A stretch of DNA of 64,000 bases, taken from assembly GCA_965203325.1 (NCBI GenBank), contig OZ241875.1:1568001-1632000 (forward strand), written 5' to 3'. The DNA is from a bacterium. Its GTDB lineage: Bacteria > UBA8248. Positions 39,824-49,637 of this stretch are shown one piece after another. The stretch's first letter is position 1. The number at the start of each line of letters is the position of its first letter. Made by a program: the position numbers and the translations under genes. Below the pieces are notes generated by a model. It did no database searches, was not told the DNA's origin, and worked only from the letters and a program-made list of their open reading frames with translations.

Positions 39824-39957
39824 AACCCTCCCCCCTTTTGGATGAGACCGCACAACAAGAATCAAGGAATCTTTTTGCGGGAAGAATCCCGCCCGCATCT
39901 TTGCTAGAATCCACCGCACCGACAAATAAACCACAACGTAATCGAGGAGTCATCTTC

Positions 39958-40455
39958 ATGCCGGAAAGACCGAACACGCCGCAAGTCATCCTCCGCCACA
40001 TCCAGGGCACGCAGCTTCAGATGTTCACCACAACGGGCAAGCACTCCTACGTGCTCGACGAGCCCGAAACCCGGGGCGGCACGGACCTCGCCGCCACGCC
40101 GTTCGAGTTCTTCATCGCAGGGCATGCGGGCTGAGGGCTCTACACGCTGCTGGGAGCAGCGAAGGCCAAGGGCATCCAGATCGACGACGTGGAAGTCCAT
40201 GCGGAGTTCAAGCGGAACATATCGCCAAAGTTTCACGCGGATTACCACGCGGACCCCGAGCGGAGAAAACTCTCCATCGGCGTCATCCGCACGAGCTATT
40301 ACATCCACGGCGACGTAACGGAAGAACAAAAGGCGGCGCTTCTGGATGAACTCGAAAACTGCCCCATCCACAACACGCTGATGACACCGCCCAAGCTCGA
40401 GGAGCGAATCGTCGTTCTGGAGAAGGACGAAACCGCGCCCAAAGAGATTTCATAA
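39958..40455 (+). CDS. OsmC-like selenoprotein (Sec at TGA 40132-40134)
   Basis: DEP..RGGTD...TPFE..AGHAG-UGA-GLYT... continues in frame to CPIHNTL; UGA sits at the conserved first Cys; hairpin just downstream. Confidence 0.82.
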
Positions 40456-40485
40456 CGACGGAGATATAGCCGCTTGCTAAGTAAG

Positions 40486-40723
40486 AGGTTGTTGAAAAAG
40501 TTCTCATCAGTCGGAATGACGGCGGGTGCAAACCCCTCGCATCGAACGCGCCGACAAGGACGGATCTGCGTTTCCGCCCCTATGGCCCGAAAGAACGAGG
40601 GCGGATTGTAGGGGCCGCATATATGCGGCCCATGACGGACGGCGAAAAAAGGCCGGGTCGCATGTATGCGACCCCTACATTCCCCTCCAATTCCCCTTTT
40701 CAGGGGGACTTTTTAAAAACCCC
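40486..40723. repeat. Composite repeat containing an inverted GTAG-REP pair
   Basis: GGTTGTTGAAAAAG end; GTAGGGGCCGCATATATGCGGCCC (40608) and GGGTCGCATGTATGCGACCCCTAC (40655); degenerate right end. Confidence 0.75.
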
Positions 40724-40810
40724 AACAATGCGAGCCTTGAACAAGGGAGAAGCTATTTTCGAATACGCCTGGACTTCGGCAGGAAAGGCAGACACCCCTC
40801 AAAATGGGTC

Positions 40811-41284
40811 CTAGTAGGAAATCTTGTCGTCCATCTGCGCCCACAGATTGAAGGATTCGAGCGCTTCATCTTTCAGGAGCCGCGTTGCTTCGAGTTTTCT
40901 TTCACTGGCAGGCAAGGCGATTTCCTTGTAGAGAAATTCATCGGAAAACCCGATCGCATCGGCCTCGACGATGGTGTTCCCGTAATACATGCGATCGATT
41001 CTCGCCCAGTAAATCGCGCTCAGGCACATGGGGCAAGGCTCGCAGCTCGTGTATATCTCACAGCCCGAAAGATCGAAATTTTTCAGTTTCGCGCTGGCCG
41101 CCCGTATGGCGAGCATCTCGGCGTGCGCGGTGGGGTCGCAAGAAGACGTCACCCGGTTCACGCCCTCGCCGATGATCTCGCCGTCCTTGACGACGACCGA
41201 CCCGAAAGGCCCGCCGAGTCCCTCCCGCACGTTTTGAGAAGCGAGCGATATCGCCCTTCTCATAAAAAATCCCCGAGTCGTCAT
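40811..41284 (-). CDS. guaD: Guanine deaminase-like nucleoside deaminase
   Basis: GGPFG, DPTAHAE, SCEPCPMCLSAIYWA, GFSDEFLY. Confidence 0.85.
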   Translation of the reverse strand: MTTRGFFMRRAISLASQNVREGLGGPFGSVVVKDGEIIGEGVNRVTSSCDPTAHAEMLAIRAASAKLKNFDLSGCEIYTSCEPCPMCLSAIYWARIDRMYYGNTIVEADAIGFSDEFLYKEIALPASERKLEATRLLKDEALESFNLWAQMDDKISY

Positions 41285-41490
41285 TTTCCCGTCTCCAGGT
41301 TGGTTCCACCTTTTCACCGCCGTTTCGTTCCGGTCGCGTAATCAGTGATTGGCGGCGTTCGCTTCATCATAGCTTGTTTTTGGAATGGATTGCATTTATT
41401 TTACAGGTTCTCCACTCATAGTCTCAAAAGTGCGGAGCCTGAAACGACCGAGATGCGATTCCGCGAAATTCGCAATCCAAAAAGGGACAG

Positions 41491-42396
41491 ATGATGAAAA
41501 TCGGATTTATCGGATTGGGAAACATGGGGGCAGGCATGGCAGCCAACCTCCAGAAGGCGGGTTATGAACTCGTCGTTCACGACATCGTCCGCGAGGCGGG
41601 GGCGGATCACATCGAGCGAGGCGCACTCTGGGCGGACACTCCCGAAGAAGTGGCCCGCGCGAGCGAGATCGTCTTCACCTCGCTGCCAGGCCCCAAGGAG
41701 GTGGAGAGCGTCGCCACGGGGCCGAACGGGATTCTTACAGGCATCAGCGCGGGGAAAGTCTACGTTGACTTGAGCACGGTATATCCCGCCGTCGTCCGGC
41801 GCATCCACGAGAAATTCGCGGAAGCCGGCGCACACATGCTCGAAGCCCCCGTGAGCGGCTCCACCATCGGCGCGAACACGGGCCGCTTGGCCATCATGGT
41901 GGGGGGTGAGAAGGAAGTATATGAACGCTGCAAGCCCCTCTTCGAAGCCTTCGGAGACCGGCCCTCCTACACGGGTCCCATCGGCACCGGCGCCGTGTGC
42001 AAGCTCGCACACAACTGCCTGAGCTACGGCATTCAAGCCATCGCGGCGGAATGCTACACCCTGGGCGTCAAGGCGGGGGCGGACCCCGCGGTCCTGGCCG
42101 AGGTGATCAAAAACAGCGCGGTGGGCCGGGCCGTGCACTTCAACTTTGTCTTCTACGAGACATTCTTCAAGGGGAAATTCGACGAGCCGCACTTTCCCAT
42201 CAAGGGCGCGGTAAAAGACGTCGGGCTCGCGCTTGAACTCGCCCGCGAACACGACGTACCCATGACGATAGGCAACATCGCCTACGGGGAGCTCATCTCA
42301 GGTCTCAACCGCGGCTGGGGGGATGATGACGCGAGGCGCGCCATGACGCTCCAGGAAGAACGCGCGGGCGGCGTGCAGGTGAGAATTTCGGAATAG
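41491..42396 (+). CDS. 3-hydroxyisobutyrate dehydrogenase-family NAD(P)-dependent oxidoreductase
   Basis: IGFIGLGNMG, APVSG, KLAHN, KDVGLA. Confidence 0.9.
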   Translation: MMKIGFIGLGNMGAGMAANLQKAGYELVVHDIVREAGADHIERGALWADTPEEVARASEIVFTSLPGPKEVESVATGPNGILTGISAGKVYVDLSTVYPAVVRRIHEKFAEAGAHMLEAPVSGSTIGANTGRLAIMVGGEKEVYERCKPLFEAFGDRPSYTGPIGTGAVCKLAHNCLSYGIQAIAAECYTLGVKAGADPAVLAEVIKNSAVGRAVHFNFVFYETFFKGKFDEPHFPIKGAVKDVGLALELAREHDVPMTIGNIAYGELISGLNRGWGDDDARRAMTLQEERAGGVQVRISE

Positions 42397-42408
42397 TAGA
42401 ATTTACGC

Positions 42409-43413
42409 ATGAAACACGGAATCGCCATGCTGCCCCCCGCGCCGGAGACCTACGCGCACTGGTGTAAGCTCTCGGAAGAAGCGGGCTTCGACGTCATCTG
42501 GGTGCCGGACTCGCAATCCCTCTACCGGGAGCTTTACGTCTCGTGCGCCATCTGCGCGGCGAACACCTCGCGCGTCCTGCTGGGCCCCAACGTCACCAAT
42601 CCGCTCACGCGCCACCCGGCGACGGCGGCGAGCGCCATCGCCACGGTGGATGAGTTCTCGGGCGGGCGCGCGCTGTTCGGAATCGCCACGGGGGACAGCG
42701 CCGTCCTGAATCTCGGCCTGCGCCCAAGCCGCGTGGACGAGGTGCGCGATTACGTTCTCGCCATGCGCGGAATGCTGGAAGAAGGCGCCGCGACCTACCG
42801 GGGAAAACCCTGCGCGCTCAACTGGCACAAAAAGCGGGTTCCTCTCTATATCGCCGCCGAAGGGCCGCGCACCATCCGCCTGGCGGGCGAGATAGCCGAC
42901 GGCGTCACCATCGGATGCGGCCTCACCCCCGAGGTGGTGGCGGATTCCCTCACCTGGCTGGAAGAGGGCGCCAGGAAATCGGGCCGTAAGGTGGGCGAGC
43001 TGGACGTCTGGTGGCTGGCGAAGGTGAACGTGCGCGAAGACGGCGAGCAAGCGCGCGAGGAGATCCGCATGGCCCTCGCCGCGAGCGCGCACCACGCCTT
43101 TCGCTTCACGACGGAGGGCAAGCGGATTCCCAAGGAACTCCTCGCCGCCGTCGAGACCCTGAAGCAAGGATACGCGTTTCACGAACACGAGATGGTGGAC
43201 AAGCAGACGAACGCGGAACTCGTGGACGGGCTCGGCCTTCGCGAATACCTGCTCGATCGCTTCGCCATCGCGGGCAACCCCGCCGAATGCAGAAAGCAGA
43301 TTGAGGCCATGAAGGCGACCGGCGTCGAGAACTTGAGGATCGCCGCCCACGTTTACGACAAGCCCGCCTTCATCCGGGCATGGGGCCGCGAAATTATCAG
43401 CCGGATCAAGTAA
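42409..43413 (+). CDS. LLM-class oxidoreductase (Mer-like, probably F420-dependent), paralog 1
   Basis: PDSQ, GPNVTNPLTRHP, GRALFGIATGDS, AAEGPRT..LAGEIADGV. Confidence 0.85.
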   Translation: MKHGIAMLPPAPETYAHWCKLSEEAGFDVIWVPDSQSLYRELYVSCAICAANTSRVLLGPNVTNPLTRHPATAASAIATVDEFSGGRALFGIATGDSAVLNLGLRPSRVDEVRDYVLAMRGMLEEGAATYRGKPCALNWHKKRVPLYIAAEGPRTIRLAGEIADGVTIGCGLTPEVVADSLTWLEEGARKSGRKVGELDVWWLAKVNVREDGEQAREEIRMALAASAHHAFRFTTEGKRIPKELLAAVETLKQGYAFHEHEMVDKQTNAELVDGLGLREYLLDRFAIAGNPAECRKQIEAMKATGVENLRIAAHVYDKPAFIRAWGREIISRIK

Positions 43414-43429
43414 CAAAGAGGATATTTGC

Positions 43430-44431
43430 ATGAGACACGGCATTTCATTCAGACCGCCCGATACGGATTCGTTCGCCCGCTGGTGCAAGTGCGCGGAAGA
43501 ACTCGGCTTCGATGCGGTATTCATCCCCGATACCCAGTCTCTTTACCGGGAGGTCTACGTCTCGTGCGCGATATGCGCGATGGAGACGAGCGAGATCATC
43601 TTCGGCCCATGCGTCACGAATCCCGTCACGCGGCACCCGGCGGTGGCCGCGAGCGCCATCGGCACCATCAGCGAGCTATCGGGCGGGCGCGCCTTCTGGG
43701 GGATCGCCACGGGTGACAGCGCGGTGCTGAACCTGGGTCTGAGGCCCGCCAAACTCGCCGAGATGCGCGAATACGTCCTCGCCGTGCGGGGCATGCTCGA
43801 AGAAGGAAGCGCGCAGTTCAAAGGGAACGACGCCCGGTTGAGCTGGCACAAATCCCACGTGCCCATCCACATCGCCGCCGAAGGCCCCAAGACGCTGCGC
43901 CTCGCGGGCGAGGTGGCCGACGGCGTCATCATCGGAACCGGCCTCATCCCCGAAGTCATCGCGGACACGCTCTCCTTCATCGACGAGGGCGCCCAAAAGT
44001 CCGGCCGAAGGGTGGAGGACCTGGACCTCTGGTGGCTGGTGGACGCCCACGTAGACGGGGACGGCGAACGGGCGCGGGAGGACATCCGCACCGCCCTCGC
44101 CGCAAGCGCGCATCATTCCTTCGCCTTCACGATGGAGAACAAGCGCATCCCCCAAGAGCTCGAATCCGGCATCCGCGCGCTGAGGGACGGGTACCAGACT
44201 TCGGAGCACGGCTTCATGGATAAATCCAACAATGCGGCGCTCGTCGATGAGTACGGCTTGAGAGACTACCTGGCCGATAGATTCGCCATCGTCGGCACGC
44301 CCGAAGAATGCCGGAAAAGACTCGAAGACCTCGAAAACCTGGGTGTCAGGGGGCTCCGCATCAACAACAACCTGCCCGACAGGACAGTCTTCATGAACGC
44401 CTGGGCGAAGGAGGTGCGGGGGATTGGGTGA
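43430..44431 (+). CDS. LLM-class oxidoreductase (Mer-like, probably F420-dependent), paralog 2
   Basis: Same motifs as the adjacent paralog (VTNPVTRHP, GIATGDSAVLNLG, AAEGPKT). Confidence 0.85.
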   Translation: MRHGISFRPPDTDSFARWCKCAEELGFDAVFIPDTQSLYREVYVSCAICAMETSEIIFGPCVTNPVTRHPAVAASAIGTISELSGGRAFWGIATGDSAVLNLGLRPAKLAEMREYVLAVRGMLEEGSAQFKGNDARLSWHKSHVPIHIAAEGPKTLRLAGEVADGVIIGTGLIPEVIADTLSFIDEGAQKSGRRVEDLDLWWLVDAHVDGDGERAREDIRTALAASAHHSFAFTMENKRIPQELESGIRALRDGYQTSEHGFMDKSNNAALVDEYGLRDYLADRFAIVGTPEECRKRLEDLENLGVRGLRINNNLPDRTVFMNAWAKEVRGIG

Positions 44432-44490
44432 TTTGCGACACCAAAGCGATGCAACAAAGCAAACCTGAGTTGTTTTCTATAGCAAATTGC

Positions 44491-44961
44491 CTATATCGGC
44501 AGAACCCCTTGGTTTGAACGTGGTTCATGAATAGGAAAACCTGTCAACGCCTCAAATTTTGAGAGCCCGGCATCATATGTATGGAACTCTTTCGCTTCTG
44601 CATAGATTGCAGTTGCCAAATGCACGGCATCCGCAGGCTTCAAGCTCCACCCACGAGAGATGCCTTCTCTCATTAGACGCCTCGCATCTCGTTGCAAGCG
44701 TTCATGTACTTCCACCAACGTAATGGTACGTCGATCCATCCACATCGAATCTATTTTCGCCTCAAGCGCGGGGTCCAGTGCTTGCTTATCCTTTTCTATC
44801 GCGCCATACGCCACCTCGGTAATAGACCACATGGATGTCACAATACGACACTCGTCTTTACGCGACCTTGAAAGCAAATCGTCTAAGGTGGGTAACCTAG
44901 TCTCTATGCCGTTGATATAGGAGAGAAAAACATCGGCATCCCAATAGTACGCATCAGCCAT
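44491..44961 (-). CDS. PIN-domain (VapC-like) protein
   Basis: YYWDADVF, SITEV, LKPADAVHLATA, FHTYD acidic PIN motifs. Confidence 0.82.
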   Translation of the reverse strand: MADAYYWDADVFLSYINGIETRLPTLDDLLSRSRKDECRIVTSMWSITEVAYGAIEKDKQALDPALEAKIDSMWMDRRTITLVEVHERLQRDARRLMREGISRGWSLKPADAVHLATAIYAEAKEFHTYDAGLSKFEALTGFPIHEPRSNQGVLPI

Positions 44962-45724
44962 CACGCAACCGCATAATAGTAACTTCCGGCAATTCTGCGT
45001 CCGGCTTCAACGGCAAAATTGCGCGCGCTTGCGTGTAGTCTCCTTCCTCCATAATTGGTGTAATTTTACTGACTTGCCGCACTGCTATAGGATGTCCATC
45101 CGTCGGATCGCGACTCACCAATCCTTCCACGATAGCGTGTTTTCCCCAAACTTCTCTCATGAGGTTTTCCTGGCCGGATTGCAAGTAACACGATACAGGT
45201 CGGTCATTCAGAGCGTCATAGAGAGTGAATCGCAACATGTTTCGCTTTGTTAATGTCTGAACTTCTCCCTCTACGGCGCCAAAGGCCACTGCAATAACAT
45301 TTTCTGGCAGATTCATCATCTTGTCCGCTACTTTCGGCTTTCGAGTTGGAGGGTTATGTAAGATGACCGTTTCCTCTTGTGTCTCAAATCGGACTCGTTT
45401 GACGCCGTTTCCGACCAAGCGCCCAAGTTTCATGGCTGGAGCGGAGACTTTCCGCCCACGATTAATCCGGACATTTTCTTTAAGTGCCCTGCCAACATCA
45501 TTGTATCCCCGAACAACCCGCTCGACCCGTTCCGATTGAGGGCTATATCCTTTAATAGTCGCTAATGCGCTCCCAGGCTGAAGATCTTCGATCCTCCACT
45601 CGATACCGCCTCCCTCCTCTACCGTCAGCGCACCGATGAGGCTGTCCAACGACTTTACCGCCGTTGCAAACGTCTCAAGAGTGACATCCCCCTCCAACAT
45701 CAGCGTAATTGTGTCAGAAGCCAT
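44954..45724 (-). CDS. Hypothetical protein coupled to the PIN gene (possible antitoxin partner)
   Basis: Overlaps the PIN start; AT-richer than flanks; C-terminal OB-like segment inferred. Confidence 0.65.
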   Translation of the reverse strand: MASDTITLMLEGDVTLETFATAVKSLDSLIGALTVEEGGGIEWRIEDLQPGSALATIKGYSPQSERVERVVRGYNDVGRALKENVRINRGRKVSAPAMKLGRLVGNGVKRVRFETQEETVILHNPPTRKPKVADKMMNLPENVIAVAFGAVEGEVQTLTKRNMLRFTLYDALNDRPVSCYLQSGQENLMREVWGKHAIVEGLVSRDPTDGHPIAVRQVSKITPIMEEGDYTQARAILPLKPDAELPEVTIMRLRDG

Positions 45725-45966
45725 GACTTGCCCTTTGGAGTCTTTGGGAGGATCCACAATTGGTAGATATCTTCAAACAAGACATCACCATGAATCAACC
45801 TAAGGCCTCCATTTGGGAGTGTCAATCACTTGCGCAGCACGCTCTGGAACACATCCAGCCGAAAAACTCCCCCTTCCCCTCTCCCCGCCGCTTCGGTTAG
45901 AATGGCTTGAAATGATCGAAACGAGTGAATTCGACCTCCCCGAAAAACCTCGTACAGGAGGATGAC

Positions 45967-46521
45967 ATGAGCGAAATGACGAAGGAAAAGGAAAAGATTC
46001 TCGTCTATGAACCCGTGGCGGAGGCGCCGGGCGCGAGCGCCGTCATGGCCGCGCGGCCCGAGAGCCTAAACGGCAAGAGCGTGGGCCTCATCAACAACAC
46101 CAAGGATTTCACGGATGAGATTTTCGACGTGATGGGCGCCGCGCTCGAAGAGCAGTTCCCCGGTGTGCGCGTCGTGCGCTACCGGAAAGAATCCGTGAGC
46201 GGCGCATCGCCCGCCTTGATGGAGCAGGTGGAAGGAGAGTGCGACGCCGTTGTTTCCGCACTCGGCGACTGAGGGTCATGCACGTCGTGGAGTATCCACG
46301 ACAGCGTCGCTTTAGAGAAAAGAGGGCTGGCCACGGTCACGGTCGTCACCGACGCCTTCGAGACCTACGCCAAGCAACTCACCAAGCTGCACAAGATGAG
46401 CGGGCTTCCCCTCGTCACGCTGCCCCACCCCATCGCGGGCAGAAAGCGCGAGGAGGTGGACGAGATGTCGGCGAGAGCGAGCGCGCATCTGGCGTCCGCC
46501 CTCACGCAGGCGAGCGCTTGA
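45967..46521 (+). CDS. UGSC-family selenoprotein (Sec at TGA 46270-46272)
   Basis: CDAVVSALGD-UGA-GSCTSWSIHD..LEKRG..T...PHPI in one frame; strong RBS; hairpin GTCGTGG-AGTAT-CCACGAC downstream. Confidence 0.88.
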
Positions 46522-46528
46522 TATCGGC

Positions 46529-47629
46529 ATGGACGCGCCAGAGCCCGCCCGCCAGATAGCGCTCGACCAAGACGCAGGCGCGATATACGAGCACTTCTAC
46601 GAGGAGGGCTGGACGGACGGGCTGCCCGTCATCCCGCCGACCGAGGAGCGCGTCGCGGAAACCTTGCGCTTCACGGACTATGCGCCGCATGACGTCATCG
46701 CCAACGTCCCGCCCAGAAACGCCCCGGCCACGGTCGAGGTCATCGCCATCAACGCCGTGATGGCGGGCTGCAGACCCGAATACCTGCCTGTTTTGATCGC
46801 CGCAGTGCAAGCCATGACGGAACCCGCCTACAACCTCTACGGCCGTCAGACGACGACGCATCCGGGCGCGCACCTGATGATCGTCCACGGGCCGGTTCGA
46901 AACGAACTCGAGGTCAACTGCCGCCAGAACGTCTTCGGCCAGGGCTGGCGCGCCAACGCGACGCTGGGCCGCGCGGTGAGGCTCCTGATGATGAACGCAG
47001 GCGGCGGCATCCCCGGCGTGACGGACATGGCCACCCACGGGCATCCGGGGAAATACGCCTACACCATCGGCGAGGACGAGGAGGGCAGCCCCTGGCCCGC
47101 CTTTCATGTGGATAGAGGCTTCGCGCCAGATACTTCCGCCGTCACCATGCTCTGCGCCGAGTCGCCCCACAACGTGAACGACCTGGTGAGCAAGACGCCC
47201 CACAAATACCTGGGCACGGCGGCTTCGGCCATGAGCCATTTAGGTGCGAACGGCGTCTACCGGAGCGGGCTTCCGAGCGAGCAAATGCTCGTCCTGACGG
47301 CAGAGGCCGCCACGTGGCTTTCGGATCAGGGGTGGTCGAAGGCCGACGTTTCGCAATTCATCTTCGAGAACGCGCGCCAGCCGATTCGCCTGATGCGCGA
47401 CCGGGGCGGCTTCGACATGACGCCACTCGCCCCTTTCGTGAATCTCGAAGAAGACGAGGACATGGCCCCCATCGTCCCGAGGCCCGAAGACATCCTCATC
47501 GTCATAGCGGGCGGCCACGGCCGCCACATGCAGGCCGTCTTGACGGCGAGCTACAACCTGAGCGTCACCAGGGCGATCACCAGAAAAGACGGAACGCCGA
47601 TTGGATCGGTAAGGGAGTTTGTGGAGTAG
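46529..47629 (+). CDS. Conserved protein typically paired with or fused to UGSC (seleno)proteins
   Basis: GWTDGLPVIPPTEERV, AINAVMAGCRPEY, RANATLGRA, GHPGKY. Confidence 0.75.
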   Translation: MDAPEPARQIALDQDAGAIYEHFYEEGWTDGLPVIPPTEERVAETLRFTDYAPHDVIANVPPRNAPATVEVIAINAVMAGCRPEYLPVLIAAVQAMTEPAYNLYGRQTTTHPGAHLMIVHGPVRNELEVNCRQNVFGQGWRANATLGRAVRLLMMNAGGGIPGVTDMATHGHPGKYAYTIGEDEEGSPWPAFHVDRGFAPDTSAVTMLCAESPHNVNDLVSKTPHKYLGTAASAMSHLGANGVYRSGLPSEQMLVLTAEAATWLSDQGWSKADVSQFIFENARQPIRLMRDRGGFDMTPLAPFVNLEEDEDMAPIVPRPEDILIVIAGGHGRHMQAVLTASYNLSVTRAITRKDGTPIGSVREFVE

Positions 47630-47637
47630 AGAGCCCC

Positions 47638-48993
47638 CTACCCCTCCAGGTTCATGCCGAACTGCCCCGCGAGGTGGGTGATGAGCTTGCCTGCGGCGTC
47701 ATCGCTCATCCAGCCGCGCGCGGTGGCCGTTTCGAGCGCCGTGCTAACGCGCAAAAGCGCCTCGGACATCTTCTCGGTGTCGCGCACGGAGATATCCGGC
47801 AGAACGGGCGAGACGCCCGAGCGCAGCGCCTCCTCGGGCAGCGCGCCCGCGCGATGGGCTTCTTCGAGCTGCTTCTCAGCCATAGCTTGCAAGATATGGC
47901 GCACGGTGCGCTGGCGGCGCGTCATCTTCTTCAAGGTGGGCTGATCCATCGACTCGGCCGACGCGCGGTTCACGTCCTCCCCCTGGGCGAACCAGTGGGA
48001 AGGAACGCCTACGCCGCCGAGCAGCAGGCCCCGCATCATCTTGGCGACCCCCTGCGCGCCGGACTCGCCTCCTTTCAAGTCGGGCGAGACGGCCCGCCAC
48101 TCCTCTTTTTCGTTGTGAACGCGCACGCTCGAGGGCTTGGGCGCGACGCCGTTCTCGGCGAGCCACTCGGCTATCTTGTCGGGGCCGGCGCCTTTCAAGG
48201 TGACGTCGTAGATGAAGCTGTTCTGCAGGCGCGCGCGCTCCACGGCATCGAAGATGAAGCGCTCATAGGTATCTATCCAGTCGATGGCGGCGAGCAAGTC
48301 CGAAGCCCCGCGCGCGGCGTCGCTCGCCTTGTTGATCTGGAACAGGAACGCCTCTCCGTCCGTGAAGCGCTCGCGCTCCCGCCGGGCGGAGGCGCTCAGA
48401 TAACCGCGCGGGTCGCCGCCCAAGACCGTCTTGATTCGCTTGCCCTTGCGCGCCGCACCGCCCGGCTCCCGGGCGCGCAGGACGACCCCTATCGGCAGGG
48501 CGCAGTTGTCCGGGTCCGTCACCACCTCTTCGATCAGGCGGGGGCTGACGTAGCCCAGCCGGACGCGCCCCTCGAAGCGCGAGACGGCGACGGGCAGCAA
48601 GAGTTCGCCGAATATGCCGAGTTCAGAGACCAGCCGCTCGAAGCGGATGTCCATCTGGTTCACGGGGTCGGCCCAGAACGCCTTCACGGCGTTTAATGCG
48701 CGCTCATCCTCCCCGTGCCAGCTCACCCCCTCGCCCACGACGTGATCCGTCACGATCTCGATGAGGCGCTGGCCCATGAGGTTCGTGAGCCATAATTCAT
48801 ACGCTAAAGCCTGCATGCGCGCGTGGGTGTAGGGAGACACCCCGCTCCGCCCCTCGCCGAGGGGCCGCCAGATTTTCTCGTCCGGATCGATCGCCGCGCT
48901 CGTTCGCCCGGTACGCTGCGCGGCCTCCCCTTTTCTCTTGAGTTCCGTCTTCCGCCCGGGAACCTTCACCCTCTTTGCACTCTCCATTCTCAT
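47638..48993 (-). CDS. Putative phage portal protein
   Basis: 451 aa after the terminase; ELGIFGEL, RGASDL, GVPSHWF...NRASA..M..PT.K...RQ; synteny. Confidence 0.72.
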   Translation of the reverse strand: MRMESAKRVKVPGRKTELKRKGEAAQRTGRTSAAIDPDEKIWRPLGEGRSGVSPYTHARMQALAYELWLTNLMGQRLIEIVTDHVVGEGVSWHGEDERALNAVKAFWADPVNQMDIRFERLVSELGIFGELLLPVAVSRFEGRVRLGYVSPRLIEEVVTDPDNCALPIGVVLRAREPGGAARKGKRIKTVLGGDPRGYLSASARRERERFTDGEAFLFQINKASDAARGASDLLAAIDWIDTYERFIFDAVERARLQNSFIYDVTLKGAGPDKIAEWLAENGVAPKPSSVRVHNEKEEWRAVSPDLKGGESGAQGVAKMMRGLLLGGVGVPSHWFAQGEDVNRASAESMDQPTLKKMTRRQRTVRHILQAMAEKQLEEAHRAGALPEEALRSGVSPVLPDISVRDTEKMSEALLRVSTALETATARGWMSDDAAGKLITHLAGQFGMNLEG

Positions 48994-49637
48994 CTCCTCT
49001 TGAGCATCCGTTTGTTAAAAGCCTGCGGCGTCACCGTTCCCCCGGCGATGGGGGCCAGCATGCCCTCGCTCTGCGCCAGGGATTCGGCCAGCCGCGCATA
49101 GGCGCAGGCGAAGCCGAAGTGGTTCTCGTTTCGCTCATACGCCAGCACCGTCTCCCCGGTGGAGCGGATGCGCGGCCTTTTCCTCAAATTCATCAGGTGG
49201 CGCTCCACCTCGGCGAGTAGCGCCTCCTCCCCGGTGTCCCTGGGACTCGGCAGCAGGACCCGCCCGGCCCCCTCGTGAAACTCCTCCACGAGGTGATCGA
49301 GCAGGTCCTCTCGGTTCATCCGCACGTGGCGGCGCTCGACGCCCAGGAACGAGACGTCCCTGGTCTGCATCTCCCCCTCGGTGTGCCGCCAGATGAAGCC
49401 GCCCTCGGGGTTCAGGTCGTAGACCGCGCGCGCTGCCTGGGTGTGGGGGCCGCCGTCTATGACGAACGCTTCCACCCCGAGACCCGAGAACACGGCGCGG
49501 CACCGCTCGATGAGGCGCTCTATCGGCGGCGCCTCGAAATAAATCCACCTGGCGGGCCGGCCCTCCTCGCGCTCGCGCACCGCGAGGGCGCAGCGGTCGC
49601 CCGTATCGATTCCACAGAAGCGATAGTTCGCGCTCAT
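48990..49637 (-). CDS. Terminase large subunit, nuclease domain (separate gene)
   Basis: FCGIDTG RNase H-like motif, VIDG, ENHFGFACAY; ATGA overlaps on both sides. Confidence 0.65.
   Translation of the reverse strand: MSANYRFCGIDTGDRCALAVREREEGRPARWIYFEAPPIERLIERCRAVFSGLGVEAFVIDGGPHTQAARAVYDLNPEGGFIWRHTEGEMQTRDVSFLGVERRHVRMNREDLLDHLVEEFHEGAGRVLLPSPRDTGEEALLAEVERHLMNLRKRPRIRSTGETVLAYERNENHFGFACAYARLAESLAQSEGMLAPIAGGTVTPQAFNKRMLKRR

Noticed and set aside
40526..41341. 271-aa plus-strand ORF and other short ORFs crossing the repeats (e.g. 4112-4408, 54777-55079)
   Set aside because: They translate repeat DNA (PPLPPLVRG) or lie antisense to real genes.
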